From NCBI GenBank assembly GCA_963748015.1, contig CAVVHE010000004.1:1664001-1728000 (forward strand): DNA of 64,000 nucleotides, in the 5' to 3' direction. Under the pieces are notes generated by a model. That model searched no databases. It had not been told where the DNA came from and worked only from the letters and a program-made list of their open reading frames with translations. Positions 49,281 through 60,915 of the stretch are shown piece after piece. Source of the DNA: Terriglobia bacterium. GTDB lineage: Bacteria > Acidobacteriota > Polarisedimenticolia > Polarisedimenticolales > JAIQFR01. The stretch's first letter is position 1; each line of letters starts with the position of its first letter. A program made the position numbers and the translations under genes.

Positions 49281-49951
49281 GCCCCGCGGTGCGGCGGGCG
49301 GCGTGGCTGAGCGCGTTCGCGGTCGCGATGGGGATTCTCGAGGCCGCGGTCGTGGTCTACCTCCGCGAGCTCTACTACCCGGAGGGCTTCCGGTTTCCGA
49401 TCGCGCTAATGCCCGCGCGGGTGGCTCTCGTCGAGCTCGTCCGCGAGTCCGCGACGATCGTCATGCTCCTGTCGGTGGCGGCGCTCGTGAGGCGCCGCGG
49501 CCTGGACGGCTTCTTCGTCTTCGCCTACCTGTTCGGCGTCTGGGATCTCGTGTACTACGCCGGCCTCCGCGGCTTCCTCGGCTGGCCCGACTCCCTCGGC
49601 ACCTGGGACATCCTTTTCCTGATCCCCGTTCCGTGGCTCTCGCCGGTGGTCTACCCGGTCGCGGTGTCGCTGCTCCTGATCGCGGGATACGTCGCGCACG
49701 AGATCGCCGGAGCCCGGGGCCGCTCCATCGCCCCGTCCCGGATCGGGTGGCTGGTCTCCGTCCTGGGCGCGATCGGGATCGTGACCGCGTTCTGCTGGCG
49801 CTTCCGCGACGTCCTCGAAGAGCGGGTGCCGGAGCGATTCCCGGCGGCGCTGTTCTGGGTGTCGCTCGCGGCTGCGGCGGCTCCGTTCGTGCTGGCCGCG
49901 GCTGCCGGTCTCCGCTCACCCCGCGCGGGAGACGCGGCCGCGCCCCGTTGA
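49277..49951 (+). CDS. Conserved hypothetical membrane protein
   Basis: FAVAMG.LEAAVVVYLR.LYYP, E..RE.ATI.ML and WD.LFLIPVPW motifs; ATGA overlap. Confidence 0.75.
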   Translation: MSPAVRRAAWLSAFAVAMGILEAAVVVYLRELYYPEGFRFPIALMPARVALVELVRESATIVMLLSVAALVRRRGLDGFFVFAYLFGVWDLVYYAGLRGFLGWPDSLGTWDILFLIPVPWLSPVVYPVAVSLLLIAGYVAHEIAGARGRSIAPSRIGWLVSVLGAIGIVTAFCWRFRDVLEERVPERFPAALFWVSLAAAAAPFVLAAAAGLRSPRAGDAAAPR

Positions 49952-49960
49952 AGCCGGACC

Positions 49961-50805
49961 CTACCTTCCCCGGCTCCAGAAGAGACGGTGGATCGCCAGC
50001 GAGGCGCGCGCGAGGACGCTCGGCGCCGCGAGGATGGCGCCGAGGTCGCGGTCGTCCCCCGCGTAGGCCGCGGCCCAGGCTCTCGCGCGAGAGCCGGGGA
50101 GCGGCCCCTCGCCGCCGAAGCGCTTCAGGTACGACCGCTCCATGCGGAGCAGCGCCGCTCTCCTCTTCCGGACCGGCAGCGCCCCGTCGTGCAGCCGCGC
50201 GCGATCGAGGTCCACGACGAACGCCTCGGGAAGGCCCCCGTCGCGGGAGCGCACGAGGAGGTTCCCGAGGTTGAGGTCCCGGTGCTCGACCCCCCGGTCG
50301 TGCATTTCCTTGACCGCGCGGAGAGCCGCCCGCATCTCGTCCTCCGAGAGGCCGCGCGGGCCCGACAGCCGCGAGAGCAGGTCCTCGGCCCCTTCGAGCT
50401 CCTCGACCGCCATCCAGGCGCGGCGAAGGCCGGGCGGGCCCTCCTCGATCAGCATCGCCGCGGGCGCGGCCGTGCTCACGCCCCGCCGCATCGCCTCCAG
50501 CGGGACCGAGAGGTTCCTCAGGAGGCGGGCCGACCCGAGGAACCGGTCCCGCCAGATCGGCCCCGCCCACCCGCCTCGCCGCATTCTCTTGACGACGACC
50601 CGGATACCGCCGGGAAGGGCCAGCCGGCCGGTCCCCCCCGCCCCGGCCCGCCGGGGCCCGCCGCCGCGAGTGACTCCCAGCTCGAGGGATCGTCGAGAGC
50701 CGCGGCGAGGACGCGATCGAGGAGCGCGTCGCGCGCCAGGAGCGTGCGCCTCCCCGCCTCTCTCGCGGCGAAACCGGCCGGAGCGAGGAGCGCGATCCGC
50801 GGCAC
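49961..50805 (-). CDS. LPS/Kdo kinase (KdkA/InaA/WaaP family), frameshifted at a G7 tract
   Basis: GRGG Gly loop, VVKR.RRGG, HRDLNLGNLL and VDLDRA motifs; span 845 nt = 3n+2, and adding one G at 50633-50639 joins the two ORFs. Confidence 0.82.
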
Positions 50806-50809
50806 GGCG

Positions 50810-51553
50810 TCAGGCCTTCCTCGGCCGTCCCGTGAACCAGATGACGACGATCCCGAGGAGGTACAGGACCACCATCGGCAGCGCGAAGACGCTCATCGTC
50901 AGCATGTCGCCCGTCGGCGTGATGACCGCCGAGACGAGGAAGCAGATGATGATCGCCAGACGGAGGTGGCTGAGCAGGAACTTCGGCGTGACGAGGCCGA
51001 TCCGTCCCAGGAAGAACAGCACGATGGGGAGCTCGAACACGAGCCCCATCCCGAGCACGACCCACGCCTCGAACTCGAACGCCGACTCGAGGGTGAGTGC
51101 CGCCTTGAACCCGCTCCCGAGCTGGATGAGCCATTTGGCGGCTATCGGCGTCGCGACGTAGTACCCGAAAGCTCCCCCGGCCAGCAGGAAGAGCGATCCG
51201 AAGGTCAGGAACGCGACGCCCGTGATCCGCTCCCGCCGGTACAGGCCTGGGGCCACGAAACCCCACAACTGGTGGAGAAGGTAGGGAGCGGCGATGAAGA
51301 GCGCCGCCACGGCGGACGCCTTCATGTAGACCATGAAAGGCTCGGTCAGGCGCAGGAACACGATGTCGCCGCCCGCGAAGAGGTGCCGCTTGATCGGGCG
51401 GAGCAGGAACTCGACGATCCTCGGGCTGAGGTACCAGCAGACCGAAAGGACCGCGACGTACACGACCGCGCAGCGGAACAGTCGCTTCCTGAGCTCGTCC
51501 AGGTGCTCGAGGAAGGTCATCGTGCCGTCAGGATTGTTCGTGCTTGTCGACAT
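50810..51553 (-). CDS. tatC: Twin-arginine translocase subunit TatC
   Basis: MTFLEHLDELRKRL, FVAPGLY..E, FELP and ITPT.D motifs. Confidence 0.96.
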   Translation of the reverse strand: MSTSTNNPDGTMTFLEHLDELRKRLFRCAVVYVAVLSVCWYLSPRIVEFLLRPIKRHLFAGGDIVFLRLTEPFMVYMKASAVAALFIAAPYLLHQLWGFVAPGLYRRERITGVAFLTFGSLFLLAGGAFGYYVATPIAAKWLIQLGSGFKAALTLESAFEFEAWVVLGMGLVFELPIVLFFLGRIGLVTPKFLLSHLRLAIIICFLVSAVITPTGDMLTMSVFALPMVVLYLLGIVVIWFTGRPRKA

Positions 51554-52007
51554 GTTCGGCGGGAGCGGCGGCCGGAGGGGGCGGCGGGTCGCCCTCGTCC
51601 GAGAACGGCACCGGTGCGGCGGTCGGAGGACCGACCGGGGGCGCGGGGTGGGTCACGTGGGGAATCGGGTGGCTCTCCTCGTTCCGCGGGGGCGCAGCAC
51701 CGCCGCCGTACGGCTCGGTGGCGGCCGGCGGGCGCAGCGCCGCGCGGATCTCGCCGAGCAGGCCGGGACCCTTCACCGCGTCCACGGTGTCGGCGCCGGC
51801 CGCTTTCAGGGCGCCGCCGGTCTCCTTCAACCGCTCCATCTCCACCTCGCGCTCGAGCGTGCTCTTGAACTCCGAGGTCGCCTTCCGGAACTCCGCGACG
51901 GTCTTCCCGAGCGCGCGGCCGATGTCGGGCAGCTTGCGAGGGCCGAACAAGAGAAGGGCGAGGACGAAGATCAGAAGGATCTCGGGGCCGCCGATCGAAC
52001 CGAACAT
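51528..52007 (-). CDS. tatB: Twin-arginine translocase TatA/TatB subunit
   Basis: MFGSIGGPEILLIFVLALLLFGPRKLP with amphipathic helix and long tail; directly upstream of tatC. Confidence 0.85.
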   Translation of the reverse strand: MFGSIGGPEILLIFVLALLLFGPRKLPDIGRALGKTVAEFRKATSEFKSTLEREVEMERLKETGGALKAAGADTVDAVKGPGLLGEIRAALRPPAATEPYGGGAAPPRNEESHPIPHVTHPAPPVGPPTAAPVPFSDEGDPPPPPAAAPAEHVDKHEQS

Positions 52008-52051
52008 GGCGGGCGCCTCCTCTCTTCAGTCCCGCGCCGAAGCGTCTTCGC

Positions 52052-52080
52052 AGGCTACTTCGCGGCCCCGGGGGTGTCAA
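52052..52080 (-). promoter_or_regulatory. Sigma70-type promoter of tatBC
   Basis: TTGACA-17 nt-TAGCCT on the minus strand, ~45 nt before the tatB start. Confidence 0.6.
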
Positions 52081-52199
52081 GAAAGGGGAAACCGTCCGAG
52101 CGCGAGCCGGTCGGGCGCGGGGCGGCCGCCGCGACTTTGCCGTGGCGCCCCCGGCAGCCTATAATCGTCTCCTTCCGCAACGCTCTTCCGAGGGATGAG

Positions 52200-53828
52200 A
52201 TGAGCCGAAAGAGTCGTAGATCCGCGCTGCTGGTCGTTCTCGTCCTCGCCGCCTGCTGCGCGCTGGGCGGGCTGGTCGGAGACCGCGCTCGCGCGGACGC
52301 CGACAAGTCCGAGGCGACGCTCCAGTCCTTCGGGCGGGCCCTCGCCTTGGTGGAGGACAACTTCGTCGGCAAGCCGGATTCGAAGGCGCTGATCGAAGAC
52401 GCCGTGCAGGGGATGCTCCACACGCTCGACCCGCACAGCAACTACCTCGACAAGGACGCCTTCGGCGAGATGAAGGACGAGCAGCGCGGCAAGTTCTTCG
52501 GTCTCGGAATCCAGATCAACAAGCCGGGGCCGGACAAGCCGCTCACGATCATCGCCCCGATCGACGGCACGCCCGCGAGCCGCGCCGGCCTTCAGGCGGG
52601 CGACATCATCTCCAAGATCGAGGGAACCGACACGATCGGCCTCACGGTCCAGGACTCGGTCCGGAGGCTGAAGGGCGAGAAGGGAACCAAGGTCACCATC
52701 ACGATCCAGCGTCCGCGCGAGGATGCGCCGTTCGATGTGACGCTGATCCGCGACGAGATCCCCACCCACAGCGTCCCGCTGGCTCACATGCTCGACCCGA
52801 AGACCGGCTTCGTCCGGATCGCCAACTTCACCACGACGACCGCGACCGAGCTCGACGAGGCGGTGCTTCGGCTCAAAGAGCAGGGAATGAAGCGCCTGAT
52901 CCTGGACCTGAGGCGGAACCCCGGCGGGTTGCTGGACCAGGCGGTCCAGGTCTCCGAGCGGTTCGTCCCGGCCGGCAAGATGGTCGTCTACACGCGCGGG
53001 CGCGTACCCGGCTCCGACCAGGACTACCCGGCCTCGAAGGAAGCGGGAAGGGTGGACCTTCCTCTCGTCGTCCTCGTCGACCGTTCGTCGGCGTCCGCCA
53101 GCGAGATCGTGTCGGGGGCCATCCAGGACCACGACCGCGGCCTGCTGGTCGGCGAAACGACCTTCGGGAAGGGGCTCGTGCAACGGGTGATCCCGCTGCG
53201 GAGCGGCGGCGCGGTCGCGCTGACGACGGCGAAGTACTTCACGCCTTCGGGCCGCCTCATCCAGCGCGACTACACCGATCTCGACGACTACTTCCTCGCG
53301 CCCGAGGAGGAAGCGGATGCGACGGACGCCGCGCCCGAGCCCTCGCCGGAGCGGCGCGAGGTCCGGCACACCGATTCCGGCCGGACCGTCTACGGCGGCG
53401 GCGGCATCACCCCCGACTACGTCGTGCGGGCGGAGCGGGTCTCCCCCGCCCTTTCGCGCGTGCTCCGGGACAACCTGGTGTTCGACTTCGCGGTCCGCTA
53501 CGTGCCCGCGCACCCGGACCTCAAGCCCGAGCTCCCGGTGGACAAGGCGTTCCGGGAGGAGTTCCGGAGCTACCTCAAGTCGCGCTCGGTCACGCTCGAC
53601 GCGGCCGCGGAGGCCGCGTGGCCCCAGCTCGAGACGCAGATTCGGGGGCAGATCGCGCGGGTCAAGTGGGGCGCCGAGGCGCAGAACCGGATCCTCTCCC
53701 AGGCCGATCCGCAGGTTCAGAAGGCCCTGACCCTCTTCGAGGAGGCCTCGCGACTCGCCGAGGCCGGCGAGCGGGGGCGAGCCGCACGGGCGCGGCGCCC
53801 CGCCGCAGCCGGCGCTTCCTCGATCTGA
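52200..53828 (+). CDS. ctpA: C-terminal processing protease (S41, PDZ)
   Basis: LDPHS, GLGI, LDLRRNPGGLL, SASASEIVSGAIQD and TFGKGLVQ motifs; TATAAT at 52160-52165. Confidence 0.92.
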   Translation: MSRKSRRSALLVVLVLAACCALGGLVGDRARADADKSEATLQSFGRALALVEDNFVGKPDSKALIEDAVQGMLHTLDPHSNYLDKDAFGEMKDEQRGKFFGLGIQINKPGPDKPLTIIAPIDGTPASRAGLQAGDIISKIEGTDTIGLTVQDSVRRLKGEKGTKVTITIQRPREDAPFDVTLIRDEIPTHSVPLAHMLDPKTGFVRIANFTTTTATELDEAVLRLKEQGMKRLILDLRRNPGGLLDQAVQVSERFVPAGKMVVYTRGRVPGSDQDYPASKEAGRVDLPLVVLVDRSSASASEIVSGAIQDHDRGLLVGETTFGKGLVQRVIPLRSGGAVALTTAKYFTPSGRLIQRDYTDLDDYFLAPEEEADATDAAPEPSPERREVRHTDSGRTVYGGGGITPDYVVRAERVSPALSRVLRDNLVFDFAVRYVPAHPDLKPELPVDKAFREEFRSYLKSRSVTLDAAAEAAWPQLETQIRGQIARVKWGAEAQNRILSQADPQVQKALTLFEEASRLAEAGERGRAARARRPAAAGASSI

Positions 53829-53862
53829 ACCTCGGGAATCACCCTCGAATCCCCGGCCGCGC

Positions 53863-53891
53863 TTGACAGCCCCGGGGAGCAATCCTATAGT
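53863..53891 (+). promoter_or_regulatory. Sigma70 promoter of groESL
   Basis: TTGACA (53863-68), 17 nt, TATAGT (53886-91). Confidence 0.8.
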
Positions 53892-53892
53892 A

Positions 53893-53919
53893 CGAGCACT
53901 CGCTTGAGTCGAGTGCTAT
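53893..53919 (+). promoter_or_regulatory. CIRCE element (HrcA operator)
   Basis: cgAGCACTC-N9-GAGTGCTAt versus consensus TTAGCACTC-N9-GAGTGCTAA, immediately after the -10 of groES. Confidence 0.9.
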
Positions 53920-53976
53920 TAATGTCCGTTAACCTATTACAAATAGGCATCTTGTGAGCGAAGGAGGGCGAGCGCA

Positions 53977-54264
53977 ATGAAGGTGAAACCCCTTTACGAC
54001 CGGGTCCTCGTGAAGCGCATCGAGGAGAAGGAACAGAAGCGCGGCAACATCATCATTCCCGACACGGCGAAGGAGAAGCCGATGGAGGGGAAGGTGATCG
54101 CGGTCGGCACCGGGAAGCTGAACGACGAAGGCAAGAGGATCCCGCTCGAGGTCAAGGTGGGAGACCGTGTCCTGTTCGGCAAGTACGCGGGCACCGAGAT
54201 CAAGATCGACGACGACGAGCACGTCATCCTGCGCGAGGAAGAGGTCCTCGGCATCATCGGCTAA
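53977..54264 (+). CDS. groES: Co-chaperonin GroES
   Basis: [22 protein letters not shown] and KYAGTEIK motifs. Confidence 0.98.
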   Translation: MKVKPLYDRVLVKRIEEKEQKRGNIIIPDTAKEKPMEGKVIAVGTGKLNDEGKRIPLEVKVGDRVLFGKYAGTEIKIDDDEHVILREEEVLGIIG

Positions 54265-56004
<1,740 letters not shown>

Positions 56005-56063
56005 GCTCCGCCGCGCGGGGCCGGATTCCCCCGAGGGCCGGCCCCGCAACGCACGGAATCGAC

Positions 56064-56094
56064 GCCCGGCCCGTTCAGGGCCGGGCTTTTTTTT
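56064..56094 (+). terminator. Intrinsic terminator after groEL
   Basis: GCCCGGCCC-GTTCA-GGGCCGGGC followed by T8. Confidence 0.9.
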
Positions 56095-56210
56095 GCGTCG
56101 CGCCGCCGGGCGGCGATCTTGCCGGTTGGACTCGCGGCGCGAACGACCTATCATTGTGGAACGCGGTCGAGGGCCGGGTCACCGGACGGCCGCGGCGGAG
56201 GTGCAGCACG

Positions 56211-56582
56211 ATGACTAGACGACCGGCAAGAACGATCCTCTTCGTGGTTCTCGCTTCGATGGCTCTCCCCATCGCGGCGCCCGCCCTCGCCGCTCCGGTT
56301 CCGTCGAAGCCGGCGCCTGCCACGGCACCCGCCCCGCGGGACGCCGATGCCGCCACGGTGCGGTCGTTCCTCGAGCGGGGCGACGTCGCCCGCGCGATGG
56401 CCGGCACCGGCCTGACGGCGCCCCAGATCGAGCAGCGCCTGGCGCGCCTGTCGGACGAGGACCTGCGCTCGCTCGCGGCGAATCTCGACCAGGTGCAGGC
56501 AGCGGGCACCGAAGTGCCCCGATACATCTGGGTCCTTCTCGCGGTCTTCCTCGGGGTCTTGATCCTCGCCGCGATCTTCTGA
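56211..56582 (+). CDS. PA2779-like protein
   Basis: Signal peptide, FLER..V..M..GL....QRLA.LSDE.L..LA...Q..AG and a C-terminal TM helix. Confidence 0.75.
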   Translation: MTRRPARTILFVVLASMALPIAAPALAAPVPSKPAPATAPAPRDADAATVRSFLERGDVARAMAGTGLTAPQIEQRLARLSDEDLRSLAANLDQVQAAGTEVPRYIWVLLAVFLGVLILAAIF

Positions 56583-57544
56583 TGCGCCGCGCGGCTCGCG
56601 CCGCGGCCCTCATGCTTTCTGCGGCCGCCCTCGCGGGCTGCGCGACCTTCGCACCCCGCTCGCGCGCTCCCGGCCCCGGCGCGATGGTCGTTCCGGGGGT
56701 GCCCCTGCGCGCCTTCGGAACCGACCGCTGCGGGGCGGGCGCCCTCTCGGCGGTCCTGAACGCGCTCGGGGACCCCGTCACCCTCGAGGCGCTCGACGCC
56801 GAGCTCCCGAAGTCGCCGGGAGGCGGCGTGCTCTCCGTGGACCTGCTCCTCGCGGCGCGCGCGCGCGGCTTCGAGGCCCGGCTCGTCCCGGGGAGCGCGC
56901 GGGAGATCCGCGACGCCGTGCGGTCGGGCCGCCCCGCCATTCTCATGCTCCGGGTGCTCGACGCGCCGGGGGGAAAGCTCGATCTCCACCACTACGTCGT
57001 GGCCGACGGCGTGGACGACGAGCGCGGCCTCTTCCGGGTGCAGTTCGGGGACGGCGAGGGACGCTGGACCCCGCTCGACCCTCTCGAGCGGGCCTGGGCC
57101 GCGGACGGGCACGCCCTCCTGCTGGTCGCGCCCGGCCGGACGCCTCTCGCGGGGGGAGCCGAGGGGCTGAACCGCGCGGTCGCTCTCGAGGGCGCGGGCA
57201 AGCTCGACGAGGCGATCGCGGCGTATCGCGGCGTGGTCGAGGAGCAGCCGGACTGGGCGCTGGCCTGGACCGACCTGGGAAACGCCCTGTCCCGCTCCGG
57301 AAGGACGACGGAGGCCGAGGCCGCCTACCGGCGCGCGCTCGCGATCGATCCCGCTAGCCCCGACGCCCTCAACAACCTCGCATGGCTTCTCCTCGAGGAG
57401 GGCACCCGCCTCGACGAGGCGGAGACCCTCGCCCGGCGCGCGCTCGAGGCGGGCGGGCCGGACGAGGCCCTCGTCCGCGACACCCTGGAACGGATACTCC
57501 GGAAGAAGGGCGGGGTCAGCAGCGCCGAACCGCCACGACCGTGA
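56582..57544 (+). CDS. PA2778-like C39 cysteine peptidase + TPR lipoprotein
   Basis: LAGC lipobox, GVP..RCGAGALSAVL (catalytic Cys), HYVVADG and TPR repeats (AWTDLGNAL, DALNNLAWLL). Confidence 0.78.
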   Translation: MRRAARAAALMLSAAALAGCATFAPRSRAPGPGAMVVPGVPLRAFGTDRCGAGALSAVLNALGDPVTLEALDAELPKSPGGGVLSVDLLLAARARGFEARLVPGSAREIRDAVRSGRPAILMLRVLDAPGGKLDLHHYVVADGVDDERGLFRVQFGDGEGRWTPLDPLERAWAADGHALLLVAPGRTPLAGGAEGLNRAVALEGAGKLDEAIAAYRGVVEEQPDWALAWTDLGNALSRSGRTTEAEAAYRRALAIDPASPDALNNLAWLLLEEGTRLDEAETLARRALEAGGPDEALVRDTLERILRKKGGVSSAEPPRP

Positions 57545-59190
57545 TGTCGTCGGTGGGCGGCGCGCCGGCCGTCCACTCGTCGATGGCGCGGCACACCCGG
57601 TCCACGACGGCCTGAAGCGGGCTCGCCCCGGGCCTCCGCGAGCAGCGCCGTCAGCCGCTCCTCGCCGAACTCCTCGCCGCCCGGGCTCGTCGCCTCGGTC
57701 ACGCCGTCGCTGAACAGCAGGAGCAGGTCTCCCGGATCGAGGCGCGCGCGCCGCTCCTCGTAGCCGAGGTCCGGGAACATGCCGAGCACCGTTCCGCCCC
57801 CGCGGAGCTGCTCCGCCTGGCCGTCGTGCCGTACCAGCAGCGGCGGGTTGTGGCCCGCGTTGCAGTAGATGGTCTCCCCCGACGGGGGGTCGATCACGCA
57901 GAGGAACAGCGTGACGAAGCGGTTCCCCGGACAGTTCTTCGCCATCATCCGGTCGAGGCGGGACATCAAGAGCGGCAGGTCGTCGGGCTCCTCGAGGAGC
58001 ACCTGGACTCTCGCCTGCAGGCTGGCCATCAGCAGCGACGCGGGAAGCCCCTTGCCGGAGACGTCCGCGAGCACCACGCCGACCCTTCCGTCGGGAAGGG
58101 GAAAGAAATCGTAGTAGTCGCCGCCCACCGTGTAGCACGCCGCGTTGCTCCCGGCGAGCTCGAGGCCGGGCACGTCCGGGGCGCGCTCGGGAAGCAGGCG
58201 CCGCTGGATCTCGGCCGCCTGGTCGAGCTCCTTCTGGCGGAGCTGGTTCACCACCTCGACCAGCGCTAGCCGCTCCTGCTCGATGCGGATCGCCGCGACG
58301 TTCGCGAGCACGGTGAGCAGGTCGAGGTCGCGGGGCGTCAGGTCCACCGCGAGCGCGGGGAAGTCCACGTAGATCAGCCCGATCACCTGATCGCTGGTCT
58401 GGAGCGGGACCGCCATCAGCGTCCTCACGTTCTGCTCGCTGATGCTGACGCGGTTCTTCAAGGCCTCGTCGAGGCTGGTGTCGCGGACCAGCAGGGACTG
58501 CTTCGAGTGGAGCACCCGGTCGCGGACCGCGGTGCTGATACGGAACCCCTCGCCGCGGGCGGCCTGCGCGATCAGCCCCTCCTTCTCCACCGTGAGGAGC
58601 ACTCCGCGGTCCGCCTTGACCGTCTCGACCGACAGGTCGAGGATCAGCTGGAACAGCTCGGGGAGGGGGCGGCGGATCGCGAGCTCGCGGCCGGCGCGAA
58701 TGAGGGCGTTGACCGCGGTCTCGTCGAACGTCTTCCGCGGCGCCGCCTCCTGGCCGCGCACGGGGATCTTGCCGGAGACGGTCGGCAGGCTCTCCGAGGA
58801 CAGCGCCCCCTCGAGGTTCGACACGATGGTGGCGTTCGGCGGCAGGTCCGCCTCCGAGCCGGCGTAGAAGGTGACGTCGCCGCCCCCGTTGGCGAGCGGG
58901 TCGCCGAAGACGATCGTGAGGTGACCGGCCGTGATCCGGTCGCCGGGCTCGAGGCGCCGCGGCGCCGTCAAGCGCTCGCCGTTGACGAACGTGCCGTTCT
59001 TGCTGCCGAGATCCTGGACCGTCCAGTGGTCGCCGTCCCTCTCGAGCGAAAGGTGACGCCTCGAGAGGCTGGTGTCCTCGGGGTAGTGGAGGTCGTTGTC
59101 GTGCGCGCGGCCCATCGAGAGCCGGTCGCCGTCGAGCGGCAGCGTCTGGGTGCCGCCGTCGGCGGTGCGTATCGCGATCGTTCGCTTCAT
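57516..59190 (-). CDS. FHA-GAF-PP2C (SpoIIE/RsbU-like) phosphatase, with a +1 frameshift near the 3' end
   Basis: GRA..SRRH..DLGSKNGT (FHA), GAF, VGGDYYDF, ADVSGKG, NAGH and FSDGVTEA; the final DDIT motif and stop (57516) lie in another frame after ~57620. Confidence 0.9.
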
Positions 59191-59251
59191 GAAGGTCGTC
59201 TCCTCGGAACGGCTCGTCCTGGCTGCACCTAGGATAATACTGCCGAGGACG

Positions 59252-60778
59252 TCAACGAACCGCGTCGGGGAAGAACGGCCTCAGCTCCTCGTCCGTGGGC
59301 GGGGGCGAGAGATAGGAGCCGATCACGAGGCCCATCATGGAGAGCGCGAACGAGAAGAAGATCCCGGGGATCCCCCACGGGTCCTTCCCGAAGAACCCGG
59401 CCTCCCCCGCGCCTGGCGCCCCGATCATCACGCCGGGCCAGGCGTAGGGCAGCACGATCTCGAAGAACAGCGTGCCCACCGTGCCGAGCAGGATGGACAG
59501 GAGGCCCCCGAGGCGCGTGGCCCGCTTCCAGGTCAGCGCAGCCAGGAGCGCCGGAGTCACCGCGACGCCGTAGATGGTGTACGCGAAGTAGCTGTACTGC
59601 AGCACCGAGATGTTCGACTTGAGAACCGTCGGGACGAAGATCATCAGGAAGGCGAGGAAGCCGATCACCACCACCACGATCTTCTGCAGCGCGGCCATGC
59701 GCCTCGGGTCGGCATCCGGCCGGATGAACCTCTGGTAGACGTCCCGCATGACGTTCGTGCTGGGCGACAGCAGGTAGTTCATGCCGGTCGAGATCACCAC
59801 GGCGCACGCGGCGCCGATGAGCAGGACGCCGACGGGAAGCGGCACCATCCGCCGGGCGGCCTGCAGCACCATCGCCCGGGCGTCCCAGCCCGTCGCGTGC
59901 TCCGCGTTGTAGCTCGACGCGTAGATGGCGATCACCACTACGACCGTCTCGACGACGATCGTCCCGAAGATCCACACCCCCACCGCGGCGCGGGCCTCGG
60001 CGGCGCTCCTCGCCGCATAGAATTTCTGGTACATGGACTGCACGCCCATGAGGAGGAGGAGCGTCGAGAAGGCGTACCCCACGGCCTTCAGAACGGGAAA
60101 GTGCCCGAAGTCGGCCGAGAACGCCGCGAAGTGGCTCGCGGGCAGGACCTGCGCCGCGTGCGACCAGCCGCCGGCGGTCAGGACGACGAACGGGACCGAG
60201 ACGAGGCACGCCAGGACGATCACGATCCCGTTCGGCAGATCGGTGTACGCCACCGCCACCATCCCGCCGAGCGCCGTGAAGAGGATCACGAAGGCGGCGG
60301 CGGCCAGTTGGCCCCACTCGACGGAGATCCTGCCCTCGCTGACGACGTTCAGGATGTACCCCCCGGCGCGGAACTGGTACGCGACGATCGTCGTGAACGA
60401 GAGCACGATCGCGACGGCGCCGAACAGCCGGGCGAACTTGCCGTAGCGGACCTCGAGGATGTCGCCGACCGTGTACTGGCCGAACGTGCGGATCTTCGCG
60501 GCAAGGAAGAAGATCACCAGGATCCCGATCCAGGCTCCGGCGGGAAGCCACAGGGAGGACCAGCCGGCGTAGTAGGCGTACTCCGCCCCCGCGATGAAGG
60601 TCCCGGAGCCGATCCAGGTGCAGATGAGCGTGAAGACGATCACCCAGAGGCTCAGGGTGCGGCCCGCGACCATCATGTCGTCCTGGGTCTTCACCTTTCT
60701 CGCCCGGAGGACGTTGAGGGCCGTGAGGATCCCGAAGTAGATCAGGATCGCCGCGGCGAAGACGTAGGTTTGGTTCAT
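59252..60778 (-). CDS. Sodium:solute symporter family protein
   Basis: VAGR.L, TWIGSG, LE.RYG and GGMVAVAYTD motifs; many TM helices. Confidence 0.9.
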   Translation of the reverse strand: MNQTYVFAAAILIYFGILTALNVLRARKVKTQDDMMVAGRTLSLWVIVFTLICTWIGSGTFIAGAEYAYYAGWSSLWLPAGAWIGILVIFFLAAKIRTFGQYTVGDILEVRYGKFARLFGAVAIVLSFTTIVAYQFRAGGYILNVVSEGRISVEWGQLAAAAFVILFTALGGMVAVAYTDLPNGIVIVLACLVSVPFVVLTAGGWSHAAQVLPASHFAAFSADFGHFPVLKAVGYAFSTLLLLMGVQSMYQKFYAARSAAEARAAVGVWIFGTIVVETVVVVIAIYASSYNAEHATGWDARAMVLQAARRMVPLPVGVLLIGAACAVVISTGMNYLLSPSTNVMRDVYQRFIRPDADPRRMAALQKIVVVVIGFLAFLMIFVPTVLKSNISVLQYSYFAYTIYGVAVTPALLAALTWKRATRLGGLLSILLGTVGTLFFEIVLPYAWPGVMIGAPGAGEAGFFGKDPWGIPGIFFSFALSMMGLVIGSYLSPPPTDEELRPFFPDAVR

Positions 60779-60915
60779 CGGGGTCGTCCTCCCTGGCGCG
60801 CGCCCAGCGCGGCACCCGCCCGCTCCGCCGGACGGTGGCGAAGCATACCCGATTCCGGACGAGCGGGGTTATCATTCCCGGCCCGGCGCGCCCGCCGGGA
60901 TCGAGGAGGTCCCGC

